In this document: in pieces, positions 1 to 10,163 of the stretch
How the letters are laid out: each line of letters begins with the position of its first letter
Position numbering within the stretch: the stretch's first letter is position 1
Assembly: GCA_965217035.1 (NCBI GenBank)
Contig: OZ244226.1
Location: forward strand, 1,718,146 to 1,782,145
Direction: 5' to 3'
DNA from: Bacteriovoracaceae bacterium
GTDB lineage: Bacteria > Bdellovibrionota > Bacteriovoracia > Bacteriovoracales > Bacteriovoracaceae
Length of the DNA stretch: 64,000 nucleotides
Made by a program: the position numbers and the translations under genes
The notes under the pieces: generated by a model
What the model was told of the DNA's origin: nothing
What the model saw: the letters and a program-made list of their open reading frames with translations, nothing else
Database searches by the model: none

Positions 1-245
1 TTTAAAAAATCATCAACGGAGTTATAAGTTCCATTCTTGTAAGCTGTATCCAAGGCATTATAGGCTTCCTGTATTTCTTTGGAGCTGGGAGCATCATGAA
101 CTGAAGTTTTTGCTGAAAAATAGTCATCTGCGTAAGCAGCACATTTTGCTTTGAATTTTTTAAAGCCACTTTTGAGATCTCCATACACTCCAGCATTAGA
201 AGAGAGAGAGCAAGCAAAAAAGAATAGAGCTATATATTTACTCAT
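1..245 (-). CDS. Secreted hypothetical protein, 5' part only (runs off the left edge)
   Basis: ATG at 245 overlaps the TGA stop of the upstream gene (ATGA). Reads MSKYIALFFFACSLSSNA-GVYGDLKSG... (signal-peptide-like) and is open to position 1. Not in the ORF track because it has no stop. Confidence 0.75.
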   Translation of the reverse strand, partial: MSKYIALFFFACSLSSNAGVYGDLKSGFKKFKAKCAAYADDYFSAKTSVHDAPSSKEIQEAYNALDTAYKNGTYNSVDDFL

Positions 246-3022
246 CGTCTAAACTCCCTCAAGAGTTGAAATACGCGATTTCTTCTCAAGAAATCCCTGT
301 AGGCGCAAACATTTTTAGAGTAATGTCTATCAAGTTTTCTTTTATAGGTTTTAATTTTGTTTCTTCTTTGCTTTTTAGATTCACCCTTCATCCAAGCTGG
401 CCACTTCGTCGCTTGTATATATTCATTAAGAGTTTTTTCGTAATCATTGAGATAAGAGTTATACATAGAGCTGAGGTTTTGATCGTCAAAATAACCTCTT
501 TGAGCTGATTTTAAGATGGTATTTTTACAATGTTTTTTGAATTTATTGATATGTTTAAATGCTAATGATTGAAGGCATAGTCTTGAGAGTTCATCGGCTG
601 CAGTTTCAGCACTTAAATCATGATCAGATATGACATCGGGATTAAGTTCGAAAATATCAGTATTGTACTTAAATCGATCTCCGAAGACTGTTGAGTTAAT
701 AATTGGATGCAAGAGTCCAACAGTTGGATTGTACTTTCTCGTGAAAGAATCTCTAAGGTATGAACTTGGCCCGTAATATTTTTGCTCTTCTGAAATAGCC
801 TTATATTGAGTGATCATTCCAACGAAGAGGTTTCCAAAGCTATTTTCTAAAACACTTAAGTTCTTTTCATGGATTTCCTTTGCGCTATTAATAGCTTGTT
901 TTAAAAGAGTGGGGTCTTCACCATAAGACGCATTTAAAAGATCTGCGAAAATATCGTTAGCAGAAACTAAAAATAATTGCTTAACATAATTATCGAGTTG
1001 ACTGGGATCATGTAATTGTTGTTTGAAGTCGAACTCAACGGTTGTGAAAACTCTAGTCTGGAGATAGGTGTCCCTTTGAAGAAGAATATTGAAGTTTTTG
1101 TAGGTTGTATCAATAACATCTAAAAAAGCTTGAAGAATTTCATCATTATGCCCAAGGGTTGCTATCGCATCAATGTCTTCATTCATTGATCCTAGGGTTG
1201 GAGATATTGCTTTCTTTATTGAAGTTTTTATTTTGTCAGGATCATCTATATTAGCGATTCGAGCTTTGATATCATTATAAGAAAGAGTTTTCGATTTTTT
1301 GGTTTTATTAAGTTCTTGGTCTAATCTTTTCTTAAGGTCTTCTTCAAACTCTTTAATTTTTTTATAGGTGACTTCATCAACTTTTTGAAAAGCAGCAAGA
1401 ACGCCATCTATTTTAGTAATTGTTTCACTTATATAGGCAAGCATAGAACGAGGGATCTCTGGATTAACCTTATACTGTCTATAAAGTCTCTCCATGTATT
1501 TTTTGACGTTTAAAAGTGCTCGTCGAACAGTGATTCTTTGACCAGACATAGCTTGTGCAACAAGATTTGGAATATCGACGATGAACCTAGTTCTAAAGTA
1601 TTCATTAGCTCCGATATAAGCTTTCTCAGCAATTTTTTTAGTCTGAGTAGCAATTTTATCAAAGAGTGCATCGGGTTCGTCAAAAACATCAATGAATCCA
1701 CCACCACTTCCTTGAGTTTGCATATATTTTTCCCAAGGCATCTGGAATTGACGGTCGCCTCTGGCGGCAACTTCATCAGGGATGATTGGGTTTCCACTAG
1801 CATCTACTTTACCCACTAGAAAGAATGGAATACCAAGAGATTGCATCGTCCAAGAGAAAAAATTAACATCTCCTCGACTGGAACGGTTGAAACTTCCGCC
1901 GATCGTTTTAACAACGGTAGCAAGAAGAGTTTCTAATATAAATGCTTTTTTTGCGGTATAATCTTTAATTTCTCGATAGTCGATTCTAAAGTTCTCAACT
2001 TGAGCTTCAAGGTTGTAAACATCTTGAAGGAACTCTGTAATGTTATCGAGAATTTTGTTTTTATATTCCGCATCTTGAATAAGTTTTGGACGAACACCCT
2101 GCATAACCTTGATGAGCCAATCGGAAACAATCTTAGCCTCCCTGTTCATCATGTAATAACCCTCAAGCGGTTCAAATTGCTCGACATCTTTATCTTGGTT
2201 CTTCTCAACAAGTTCGAGCATTTTTTCAGCATCATAAGCTTTGCAATAAGCAACAGAGGTCGCTTCTAGTAAACAAGAAATTGAATCTCTAAAATTTGCA
2301 TCCTTTAGTTCTTTCATTGATTTTGCGAATCGATTTTGCCTTATGAATTCTACAAAGCTATTAACAGAAGAGTTAACTTCTCCAAGAAGTGAATTTGGTG
2401 TGCTTAAAAAAGAAGCAGCCATATTGACGGCACTCATGACAATTGTCTTGGCTTGTGCAGGATTATTGTATAAGCATTTTGAGTTTTGCGGAATTTGCTG
2501 GAGTAAGTTGCTGACATAGTTTCTTGCTTCAGCATTGGGAATTCGTAATTTCTTTTGCGTCACATGATGATGAACAGAACCTAGCATATTATCAATCATA
2601 ACGGCCCCGATTCCTGCACTGCTACCATTGATACTATCAAGAATAGACGGGCCTATCGCTGTTGTTGCATCATGTTGGTCAGCTTTAGTTTCTGCTGTTT
2701 TTGTGAATTGTTTGTTATCACCTGGATTGCCTTGAAAAGCGACGCTGTTGTAGTCCATAACTGAAGTAACGAGTTTTGTGCAGTCATCATCAGTTCTTAA
2801 AAGTTCAAGAGCTGAGTTAATTTTGCGACTTTGAGAATAAGCCTCTTGAAGCCACCCTCCGGCTTGAATTGAGCAAGAACCAGAATATTCATATCCTGAA
2901 GCAATATCTCTTGCTTTTAGATTAATAGAAAGTCTTTTTTCATCAGGGTCATTTCCTACCCAAGAGCAGGAATTGATTAAGAAGAAAGATAATAAAGGAC
3001 TCAAAATTCTGGAATACTTCAT
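242..3022 (-). CDS. Large hypothetical lipoprotein (926 aa)
   Basis: Long ORF. N-terminus MKYSRILSPLLSFFLINSC has a lipobox-like Cys. Helical/coiled-coil character, no recognised domain. Confidence 0.85.
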   Translation of the reverse strand: MKYSRILSPLLSFFLINSCSWVGNDPDEKRLSINLKARDIASGYEYSGSCSIQAGGWLQEAYSQSRKINSALELLRTDDDCTKLVTSVMDYNSVAFQGNPGDNKQFTKTAETKADQHDATTAIGPSILDSINGSSAGIGAVMIDNMLGSVHHHVTQKKLRIPNAEARNYVSNLLQQIPQNSKCLYNNPAQAKTIVMSAVNMAASFLSTPNSLLGEVNSSVNSFVEFIRQNRFAKSMKELKDANFRDSISCLLEATSVAYCKAYDAEKMLELVEKNQDKDVEQFEPLEGYYMMNREAKIVSDWLIKVMQGVRPKLIQDAEYKNKILDNITEFLQDVYNLEAQVENFRIDYREIKDYTAKKAFILETLLATVVKTIGGSFNRSSRGDVNFFSWTMQSLGIPFFLVGKVDASGNPIIPDEVAARGDRQFQMPWEKYMQTQGSGGGFIDVFDEPDALFDKIATQTKKIAEKAYIGANEYFRTRFIVDIPNLVAQAMSGQRITVRRALLNVKKYMERLYRQYKVNPEIPRSMLAYISETITKIDGVLAAFQKVDEVTYKKIKEFEEDLKKRLDQELNKTKKSKTLSYNDIKARIANIDDPDKIKTSIKKAISPTLGSMNEDIDAIATLGHNDEILQAFLDVIDTTYKNFNILLQRDTYLQTRVFTTVEFDFKQQLHDPSQLDNYVKQLFLVSANDIFADLLNASYGEDPTLLKQAINSAKEIHEKNLSVLENSFGNLFVGMITQYKAISEEQKYYGPSSYLRDSFTRKYNPTVGLLHPIINSTVFGDRFKYNTDIFELNPDVISDHDLSAETAADELSRLCLQSLAFKHINKFKKHCKNTILKSAQRGYFDDQNLSSMYNSYLNDYEKTLNEYIQATKWPAWMKGESKKQRRNKIKTYKRKLDRHYSKNVCAYRDFLRRNRVFQLLREFRR

Positions 3023-3221
3023 ACCCCAATATTCTAACGCTAACTGAATTTTTTATCTTTTGGGGTAAATTATTCAGTTCGGTGTGTCGTGATTTGGTTG
3101 AGTTTTTTAATCATGTTTACAAAAAAACACTTTGAAGCGGTTTTTTTGTTTATTAAAGTTATTTTTAAAAGATTAAGTGTTGTTAGCAACAGGATCTGTA
3201 TCAGAGTTCATTCCTGAAGCG

Positions 3222-4259
3222 CTAGTTAGAGAACTTAAAAATGGGTTCTATTGTTGGAATACGTGTCCCGTTCTCATCAATTTCAGCATAAGCAATTTCA
3301 GCAAAGTGAATTTGAGAAATTTCAAGAGCTTTCTCGGCATTGCTTATTTCTAGGCTTTGTAATCTTGGAAGGGCCCCATCTTGTGCAAACTTTTCTTCTT
3401 CTTGGTATTCATCATTGAGAGTGAAGTTATTGATGATAACTTTATTGTCAGAGTTGATTGAAAGATCGATATTCTCAAAATTAACTTGGCAATTTTTACA
3501 AGCATTATCTGCTACAATTTCATTAATCGCGGCTTTGATTGTTTCAACTAATTCAGGGTTAACTGTTTTGTTGTATCTCTCAAGAGTTTTTTCATGAAGA
3601 CCAGCGCTTAAAGCTTGCTCAAAAGTTTCATAAGGAGAAGAATCCTGATCAATATCAATTTCATTGATTTCATCAAGCGCTTGTTGTCTTACTTGTGCAA
3701 TGATTTCATCTTTAATTGATTGGATGTTTTTTTCATCAAGAAGTTCAGTTAGGGCATTTTTGAAATCATCAGATTTTCCCATCTCTGCATTATCATCTGT
3801 ATTAACTTGAGGGATAGCGGTATCAGTAATGAGTTCACCGGCGATAATCGTATCCTTTAATGGAGTAATTCCACGAGCCTCTAATGTTAAAATAGGCTGA
3901 ACTTTCTCTCTCTTTTTTGGTTCGGCATTTTTATTATTAATCGTAGTATTATCACCTGTATTAACTTGAGGGATAGCGGTATCAGTAATGAGTTCACCGG
4001 CGATAATCGTGTCCTTTAATGGAGCAATTCCACGAGCCTCTAATGTTGAAACATGTTGAACTTTCTCTCTCCTTTTTGGTTCGGTGACTTTATCATTGAT
4101 CGTTGTATTATCTTTAATAATAACATCATCTTGAAGGTTGGGTGTTTCCTTATCTAGGTTCTCAGTCTCATTTGTAAAACCACGAACAATAGTTCTCCGT
4201 TGTTTTTTACATGAAATAGTTAGGGCCAAAAGTGCTAAGAGTGCAATTCTGAAAAACAT
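3222..4259 (-). CDS. Hypothetical acidic lipoprotein with internal 53-aa tandem duplication
   Basis: Lipobox LTISC. AAGGAG SD upstream. Two copies of ...TLEARGIxPLKDTIIAGELITDTAIPQVNT... Confidence 0.85.
   Translation of the reverse strand: MFFRIALLALLALTISCKKQRRTIVRGFTNETENLDKETPNLQDDVIIKDNTTINDKVTEPKRREKVQHVSTLEARGIAPLKDTIIAGELITDTAIPQVNTGDNTTINNKNAEPKKREKVQPILTLEARGITPLKDTIIAGELITDTAIPQVNTDDNAEMGKSDDFKNALTELLDEKNIQSIKDEIIAQVRQQALDEINEIDIDQDSSPYETFEQALSAGLHEKTLERYNKTVNPELVETIKAAINEIVADNACKNCQVNFENIDLSINSDNKVIINNFTLNDEYQEEEKFAQDGALPRLQSLEISNAEKALEISQIHFAEIAYAEIDENGTRIPTIEPIFKFSN
3789..4112. repeat. Two-copy 159-bp in-frame tandem repeat
   Basis: attaacttgagggatagcggtatcagtaatgagttcaccggcgataatcgt at 3801 and 3960 (offset 159). 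attatc at 3789/3948/4107. Confidence 0.9.
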
Positions 4260-4496
4260 AGTTTTTCTCCTTAAATAGTTTCTTCTAATTTATCATGGTG
4301 TATTGCGCACATAGAGAAGTTGTAAAAAACACAAAAAAACGGTGGGAATTGACTGATTTTTAGACAGTTGAATTTACAGAAAACCTGTAACTTTTATAGG
4401 TTTTTTGCGTGCTTTAGCGAGGCTTAGTCTCTATTTGCTTGAGAAGCGGTCATAGTTTTTAAAGAGAAGCCATTTCTATAGTATTTACACGTTGCG

Positions 4497-4524
4497 TTGA
4501 CTGTTTCAAAATTCGTCCTATAGT
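4497..4524 (+). promoter_or_regulatory. Putative sigma70 promoter
   Basis: TTGACT-N16-TATAGT upstream of the 4583 gene. Confidence 0.5.
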
Positions 4525-4582
4525 AACCATGATTAAAATTTACTAACTAAACGCCAGAACAAAGGTAAAGGAGTATTAAGTC

Positions 4583-5050
4583 ATGAAAACTTTATCGTTA
4601 TTTTTATTTCTAAGTGGAGCACTTTGCTCAACTCAACTTCAAGCGCAAGGTTTTCGTTCACCTCTTACTTTTAGAATTTTTCAAGAATTTAAGAAGGTCG
4701 AAAAGCTCAGGTTAGGCATTGATGCCTGTGGCGCACGTCTTGAGAAATGTAATGAGTATTATCTTCGAACAACCGAAGAGGGAACACATGAAGATTACGT
4801 TTATACTAGAATGGATGAATATTATAATCTAGAAGATTTTCCTGTTGGAGTGATGGATATAATTGAAGAGTTCGAAACTCCTCAAAGTATTATAGACTTA
4901 ATAGAAAGTAATAAAAACTTAGAAATTTCTTATTTTTATGGGGCAACTTATACCGATAAACACATAGAATATTTAGTTGGTCCAGGTCTTTGGAGTTGCC
5001 TCAGTATTCGAGATAGAGAATATGATGAAATCGTGTTTGCTTGTCGTTAG
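4583..5050 (+). CDS. Secreted hypothetical protein
   Basis: AAGGAG SD. Signal peptide MKTLSLFLFLSGALCSTQLQA. Confidence 0.8.
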   Translation: MKTLSLFLFLSGALCSTQLQAQGFRSPLTFRIFQEFKKVEKLRLGIDACGARLEKCNEYYLRTTEEGTHEDYVYTRMDEYYNLEDFPVGVMDIIEEFETPQSIIDLIESNKNLEISYFYGATYTDKHIEYLVGPGLWSCLSIRDREYDEIVFACR

Positions 5051-5080
5051 TTAAGGGCCAAGCATTCATTTATAAAATTT

Positions 5081-5108
5081 AAGCCGGGATGTAATTTCTC
5101 GGCTTTTT
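5081..5108. terminator. Intrinsic terminator between convergent genes
   Basis: Hairpin aagccggga-tgtaatt-tctcggctt followed by T-run. Confidence 0.6.
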
Positions 5109-6423
5109 ATCTTTTTAGTAATGTGTTAACAGCTTTAGCAGTATCAATTCTTCCATTAGAAACAGAAATGTTTTTAAGAAAATTTGTTTTTTGACTTGTT
5201 TTAATCAGGAGATTTCTAATTTTTCTTGTTGGAACTTTAATGAGTTTTTTACTTCTCCTTCCTGCCACCCACTGAGAGTTTAAAGAAAGAATAAGCCCTA
5301 TTGCTCCAGAAACATGTGGAGCTGCCATAGAAGTTCCAGAGTTCATTGCATAATAGCCACCATCAACTGTCGAAATAATGTTTAAACCAGGAGCAGCAAC
5401 ATGAACACTCCGTTTCCCATAATTTGTGAATGGAGCTTTCTTCCCTTCGATTCCATAGGCTGCTACGGCAATGATATTATCCAATTTATAACCTGCAGGA
5501 TATTGAGGTTTTTCGTCCATATCGACTGAGCTATTTCCTGCTGATGCGATTATGAGAGAGCCTCTCTTATTTGCGTACTCTATAGCTTCTTTAATTGCTT
5601 GAGAGTGAGAAAGCCAGCCCCACGAATGGTTTTGAATATGAGCTCCATTATTTACTGTATAAGTAATCCCTTCCACAATCATTTCTGTCGTTGTTTTTTT
5701 ATCTTTTGCAAATATTTTTGTAGTCATTAGAGAAACATCTTTCATGACTCCAGTGACTCCGATCTTATTGTGAACTGCTCCAACAGTACCAGCAACGTGC
5801 GTCCCATGATTAAGTCTATCTTTCAGAGAACTATTATCTTCAACAAAATTATAACCATGGATATCATCAATGTATCCATTGCCGTCATCATCAACACCGA
5901 CTTCTCCATTCTTTTCCAATGTGTTGACCCATAAATTCTCTTTTAAATCAGGATGATTGATATCTAACCCCGTATCAACGATGGCAATAATGATCTTTTT
6001 GCTTCCCATTGTTTTATCCCAAACGGAAAGAACATTAATGTCGGTTCTGTTCTTATTATTTAATCCCCATAGGCGAGGGAAGAGCTCGTCTTCAGGGATT
6101 CTTTTAGATAAAAAAAGGGATTGTCTCTTTTTGATTTTTGGTGTCGTATGAATATAGTTTGGTTCGATGAAATCAACCATAGGGTGAGATTTGAATTTTT
6201 TAACTTGAGAAATTCGAATTCCAGGTCTTACTTTGATTTTAAAAAGCTTGCTGTAGCGGACTCGAACTCTTTTTACTTTTCTAACTATTTTTTCAACCTT
6301 AGAACTTTTGAAAAAACTTCTAGTATGGGCATCTTTTTTGAGCTTTATGATATATTCATTCGGAACAACTTCAGCCCCTTTTGCGAAGCTGATAATCATT
6401 AAAAAAAACAAAAAACTTTTCAT
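5107..6423 (-). CDS. Secreted subtilisin-like serine protease (peptidase S8)
   Basis: Signal peptide, propeptide (VPNEYIIK...IEPNY), triad motifs IVDTG, HGTHVAG, SGTSMAAPHV, oxyanion SAGN. Confidence 0.95.
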   Translation of the reverse strand: MKSFLFFLMIISFAKGAEVVPNEYIIKLKKDAHTRSFFKSSKVEKIVRKVKRVRVRYSKLFKIKVRPGIRISQVKKFKSHPMVDFIEPNYIHTTPKIKKRQSLFLSKRIPEDELFPRLWGLNNKNRTDINVLSVWDKTMGSKKIIIAIVDTGLDINHPDLKENLWVNTLEKNGEVGVDDDGNGYIDDIHGYNFVEDNSSLKDRLNHGTHVAGTVGAVHNKIGVTGVMKDVSLMTTKIFAKDKKTTTEMIVEGITYTVNNGAHIQNHSWGWLSHSQAIKEAIEYANKRGSLIIASAGNSSVDMDEKPQYPAGYKLDNIIAVAAYGIEGKKAPFTNYGKRSVHVAAPGLNIISTVDGGYYAMNSGTSMAAPHVSGAIGLILSLNSQWVAGRRSKKLIKVPTRKIRNLLIKTSQKTNFLKNISVSNGRIDTAKAVNTLLKR

Positions 6424-6487
6424 GTATACCTCTACTTTTAACTAGAGTAGGTTAGCTGATAAATTTGGGCAAGATATTTTGATATTG

Positions 6488-6563
6488 TGGCGGGTGCAGA
6501 GAGATTCGAACTCCCAACCTACTGATTTGGAATCAGCCGCTCTACCGTTGGAGCTATACACCC
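6488..6563 (-). tRNA. tRNA-Trp (CCA)
   Basis: Cloverleaf GGGTGTA/TGCACCC, D-arm GCTC/GAGC, anticodon arm GCTGA-ttCCAaa-TCAGT, TTCGAAT loop, encoded CCA end. 76 nt. Confidence 0.97.
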
Positions 6564-6580
6564 GTTTTTTGAATCTCTAC

Positions 6581-6609
6581 AATGTACTCGATTGTTTAGA
6601 GCTGCGCAA
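6581..6609 (-). promoter_or_regulatory. Putative sigma70 promoter of tRNA-Trp
   Basis: Minus strand TTGCGC-N17-TACATT. Overlaps the hairpin gagctgcgc-aagaatg-gcgcagctc (6599-6623). Confidence 0.5.
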
Positions 6610-6634
6610 GAATGGCGCAGCTCCCCAGATTTGA

Positions 6635-7234
6635 TTAAAGCGTTGAGCAGTTGTGTTCAACCTCTGAGTTTACCTTTTTTACTAACTGGACTGGCATATA
6701 AAGCTTTTTCTGGATTCCGTTTCTTGAGAAGACGAAGCTAATAGACTCTAGTTCATTATCAGTATTATGACCTAATCGAAAATTTTCACTATTAATTCTT
6801 GTTCTTTTTCCAACAACAATTTCGTCACTTTCAAAAATTTTCTTAGTTGCACTAAGATCTGATTTTAAGACTCTTTTTCGTACAACGACTTTTCTGTGTT
6901 TTGGTCTTTTTCTGAAATAAGTGAAAAGCGTATGAGTTTCGCTGCACTTACCATCAAGCTCTTCTTTTGTTACACAATGAACAGCGGCTCTTTCTTTGTC
7001 GAAAAGGTTATTGCTCATGAAAGTATTGAGAGCAGCTTCTGTTTTAGCAGTTAATGCTTGGCAACCACCAACAGCAAAAGCTTTATTCTGATTTCGTACT
7101 TGAGGTCCTCTTCTTGTCGATTGACCAGGAACAACCTGTAAAGATGGGTTTGCGGTATTTACAGAATTTTGATTTTTATCTTTTCCACAAGATACTAATA
7201 GTAGGCTGAATAATACTAAGCTTAATGTCCTCAT
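6635..7234 (-). CDS. Hypothetical lipoprotein
   Basis: Lipobox LVSC-G. GAGGAG SD. Confidence 0.85.
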   Translation of the reverse strand: MRTLSLVLFSLLLVSCGKDKNQNSVNTANPSLQVVPGQSTRRGPQVRNQNKAFAVGGCQALTAKTEAALNTFMSNNLFDKERAAVHCVTKEELDGKCSETHTLFTYFRKRPKHRKVVVRKRVLKSDLSATKKIFESDEIVVGKRTRINSENFRLGHNTDNELESISFVFSRNGIQKKLYMPVQLVKKVNSEVEHNCSTL

Positions 7235-7398
7235 TGAAACTCCTCAATTGTTTGAGAAAATAATATCAAGAATTGATTAGAGCATGTGAAAGCCTGTATT
7301 CTTTATCGTGGCCGTCTACTCTTTATGCAGTTTTGATAGGGGAGAGAGACTTTCCAAGGGGAAAGGATTTTGCTAGCTTAGAAGTCTTCTTGGATTAA

Positions 7399-7473
<75 letters not shown>

Positions 7474-7589
7474 CTTTATTGATATGAATTTCAAATTACA
7501 GCCCAATAGAATTAAGCGACTATCAGCAAGACTTATAGAAGATAAAAAACTAGTTTAGAAAAGAAGGGAATCTCTCCTGAACTTGAAGA

Positions 7590-7895
7590 TTATCGTCCAG
7601 TAACAATTGTGCAGTATTTTTTATAGAAACCAAGAATATTAGTGCTTTCCGCATCGATTGTATGAACCGATTTGATTTCTCCATTGGCCTTAGCGGTAGC
7701 AATACTTGCATCACCTGAAGCAAATAAGCCGAGGATACTGCTTTGGCATGCTGTACCTGTTTTAAAGCCTTTTGTTTTTGAAGTAGCATTAACACCATAT
7801 TTAATACTGTGATATAAACCACCGCCAACTGGTCCAGTTGAAGCACAGCTCATAAAGAGCCCTAGAATTGCGAATGATAAGATAAGGTTTTTCAT
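7590..7895 (-). CDS. TRL-like family lipoprotein
   Basis: Lipobox FMSC. Motif KTGTAC..SILGL.A.GDASI..AK..G.I..V..ID.....ILG.Y...CTIV.G is typical of the TRL-like family. GGAGG SD. Confidence 0.85.
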   Translation of the reverse strand: MKNLILSFAILGLFMSCASTGPVGGGLYHSIKYGVNATSKTKGFKTGTACQSSILGLFASGDASIATAKANGEIKSVHTIDAESTNILGFYKKYCTIVTGR

Positions 7896-7966
7896 TGTTC
7901 CTCCATAAAATTATACGATCCTATCAGTTAATAATGGGGATCAGATAAAGTCAAAAGAGGGAAGTC

Positions 7967-8749
7967 TTAGTAGGTTCCTACAGTAACGACACCATTCTTG
8001 ATTTCGCTTTTAGATGGAATATTCTCTTTTTTGATTTTTACAATTCCAAGAATTGAAAAAAGTTTTACAAAGAACCATCCAGTATCAATTTCAAAAGATT
8101 TCATAGAAAATTTTGGCGATGCCGGGTACATATGATGATTATTTTGGAATCCTTCTCCTAGTACAAACCATGCAACAAGTGTGTTGTTTGTAGACTTATC
8201 AGGATAATCAAAGTTTCTGTATCCAACTGCGTGTCCAAATGCATTGACAAGAAAGCCTTGAATTGGATGGGAAGCCATTCCAAGAAAGTATCCTATTCCA
8301 ATCCAGGGGTTTTGAGTAGTAAGCCAGAGAAGAAAGCCAATGATGAAGTGCATGACAAAAGGAATATACCAATAGCCTTTTTTATTAAGCCAATGGACAT
8401 CAAAAGGAATATCTTTCACGATATCTGAATAGCGAGGAATATTTCTCATAAGTCCAAGTACAGTTCTTTCAAAAGACTTATGTTGCTTGATAAAAGTGTA
8501 CCAAAATCCTGTATGAGCTGGGCTGTGAGGATCTTTCTGGGTATCAGAGTGAAGATGGTGAAGCCTATGCATACAAACCCATGCTTTAGGATCAATTCCT
8601 GTTAGTGGAGCGCCTGTAAGTTTTATGAAGTTTAAAACAGGCTTTGGAAGAGTTAGGGCATTATGAGCTAAGGCCCTGTGATAAAAAATCGACGTATATA
8701 TAATAACTAATAGATAGCAAAGGGCGAAAATGATGAGTCCAGCAATCAT
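7967..8749 (-). CDS. Membrane fatty-acid desaturase (Delta9/acyl-CoA desaturase-like)
   Basis: His boxes HRALAH, HRLHH..SD...DPHSP, GEGFQNNHH. Hydrophobic segments. Confidence 0.9.
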   Translation of the reverse strand: MIAGLIIFALCYLLVIIYTSIFYHRALAHNALTLPKPVLNFIKLTGAPLTGIDPKAWVCMHRLHHLHSDTQKDPHSPAHTGFWYTFIKQHKSFERTVLGLMRNIPRYSDIVKDIPFDVHWLNKKGYWYIPFVMHFIIGFLLWLTTQNPWIGIGYFLGMASHPIQGFLVNAFGHAVGYRNFDYPDKSTNNTLVAWFVLGEGFQNNHHMYPASPKFSMKSFEIDTGWFFVKLFSILGIVKIKKENIPSKSEIKNGVVTVGTY

Positions 8750-8890
8750 GAAAATTTCCTTTAAAAGTTACCTCTGTAGCATACCGTTGAATGAAAAGGA
8801 AAGCTATTTGTGCAAAGCGTGGTGATTTTCTTTCCAGTCTCTCATTTCTTTATTTATATCCTTTAAGATAAGGATGCAAAGGATGTTTAA

Positions 8891-9775
8891 ATGGAGAATC
8901 TTGAAACGAAAGAAGTTATATCTCGTTATAGCGAGGTGCTCGAAATACCTGATCTAGTCCAGAAAGCTAAAGAAAAGACTTATACATATTTTAAACCGAG
9001 TTTTGATAATGAGTTCATTAAAAAAGACTTATTAAACCTTTTTTTGGATGCAGAAAAGAAAAACTTAAACTCTATTAATGAAAATAACAAAAGCCAACTC
9101 TATGGTTTGATAATTGGTGAAGCCAGTAAAAAGAAAAAACTCTATGAAAGACTTAGAATGGATCTTAAGGGATTTAATACTAGAGATTTTGTAAATATTA
9201 TATCAAAGATTTTAAATCAAAAGAGAGACCTATCAAGTTTATTAGGAACTGAAGCAAGAGATTTTTTTGATCTTGGAAAATTAAAAATTTCTATTTTGTC
9301 TTTTGGAGATTTTTTTGCAGCAATGATTTATCAGTCAGAATTTAGATCAGCCGGTACAAGTAAACTCGAAGCCAGAATATCTGATATTTTTAGGAAGCAA
9401 AACTATCTTGATGCATCTGTTGTTCGTAATAATATTCTCGAAAGTTTAGACAAAGACGTTGATCAGTTTATCGAATCTCTTCCAGTTTCAAAGAGTTTGT
9501 TTGAAACACTTTTGAAGTTATTTTTCTTGATTATTTTTTCTGCGGTAACTTTGAACAAAGTTTATGAATGGGATACGAGAAGAGAAGTTATTAATGATTC
9601 CTATTTAGAGAAACTCCCAATTAAAATCGACAGAAGTCTATTGCTAAGCACTTATTTCATCTCTGGTTCAATCCCTGATATTGGTTATAAAACTTATTTA
9701 AGGAAAAAGCTTAACAATAATGGTATTCGAAATATTCGATGGAACCTGGTGGTTCAGAGTTATTTTATCAAGTAA
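8891..9775 (+). CDS. Hypothetical protein with one probable TM helix
   Basis: 294-aa ORF, AAGGA SD, hydrophobic LLKLFFLIIFSAVTL. Confidence 0.7.
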   Translation: MENLETKEVISRYSEVLEIPDLVQKAKEKTYTYFKPSFDNEFIKKDLLNLFLDAEKKNLNSINENNKSQLYGLIIGEASKKKKLYERLRMDLKGFNTRDFVNIISKILNQKRDLSSLLGTEARDFFDLGKLKISILSFGDFFAAMIYQSEFRSAGTSKLEARISDIFRKQNYLDASVVRNNILESLDKDVDQFIESLPVSKSLFETLLKLFFLIIFSAVTLNKVYEWDTRREVINDSYLEKLPIKIDRSLLLSTYFISGSIPDIGYKTYLRKKLNNNGIRNIRWNLVVQSYFIK

Positions 9776-9824
9776 AAAAATCCCTATTTAAAGATGTATT
9801 TTAGCTTTCTGGTATGATTTAAAC

Positions 9825-10163
9825 ATGAAATTCCTAGTTATATTTTTTATTCCTATTATTGCAAGTGGGTTTGATTCTTGTGGCGTTTATCAAGCAATTG
9901 GTGAAGTCCAATGTAGTCAAAAGCATTGTCTGCTTATTACAAATCCTATGAGCTTATCAGAAAAGGTTGCACGTATCTCGAATATGAATCCTAAAGAATT
10001 GGGAGGAGTAAGTTTCTACTTAGCCGCAAATTTGAAAGTGAAAGAAGTTCTGAACTATAAGCAATCTATAGTAGAAGTACAGGATATGAGAATTCTTGAT
10101 AAAGAAATTTATGGAAAGAGTTTTGGTTCTCCCCAAAAAATATTGGAAACTGAATGCGAATAG
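9825..10163 (+). CDS. Small secreted Cys-containing hypothetical protein
   Basis: Signal-peptide-like start, 4 Cys, overlaps the next gene by 10 nt. Confidence 0.7.
   Translation: MKFLVIFFIPIIASGFDSCGVYQAIGEVQCSQKHCLLITNPMSLSEKVARISNMNPKELGGVSFYLAANLKVKEVLNYKQSIVEVQDMRILDKEIYGKSFGSPQKILETECE

Noticed and set aside
2..217. 71-aa minus-strand ORF from the track
   Set aside because: Wrong frame. The frame starting at ATG 245 has a signal peptide and is coupled to the upstream stop.
7550..7846. 98-aa ORF overlapping the TRL-like gene
   Set aside because: Alternative frame of a well-supported gene, with no features of its own.
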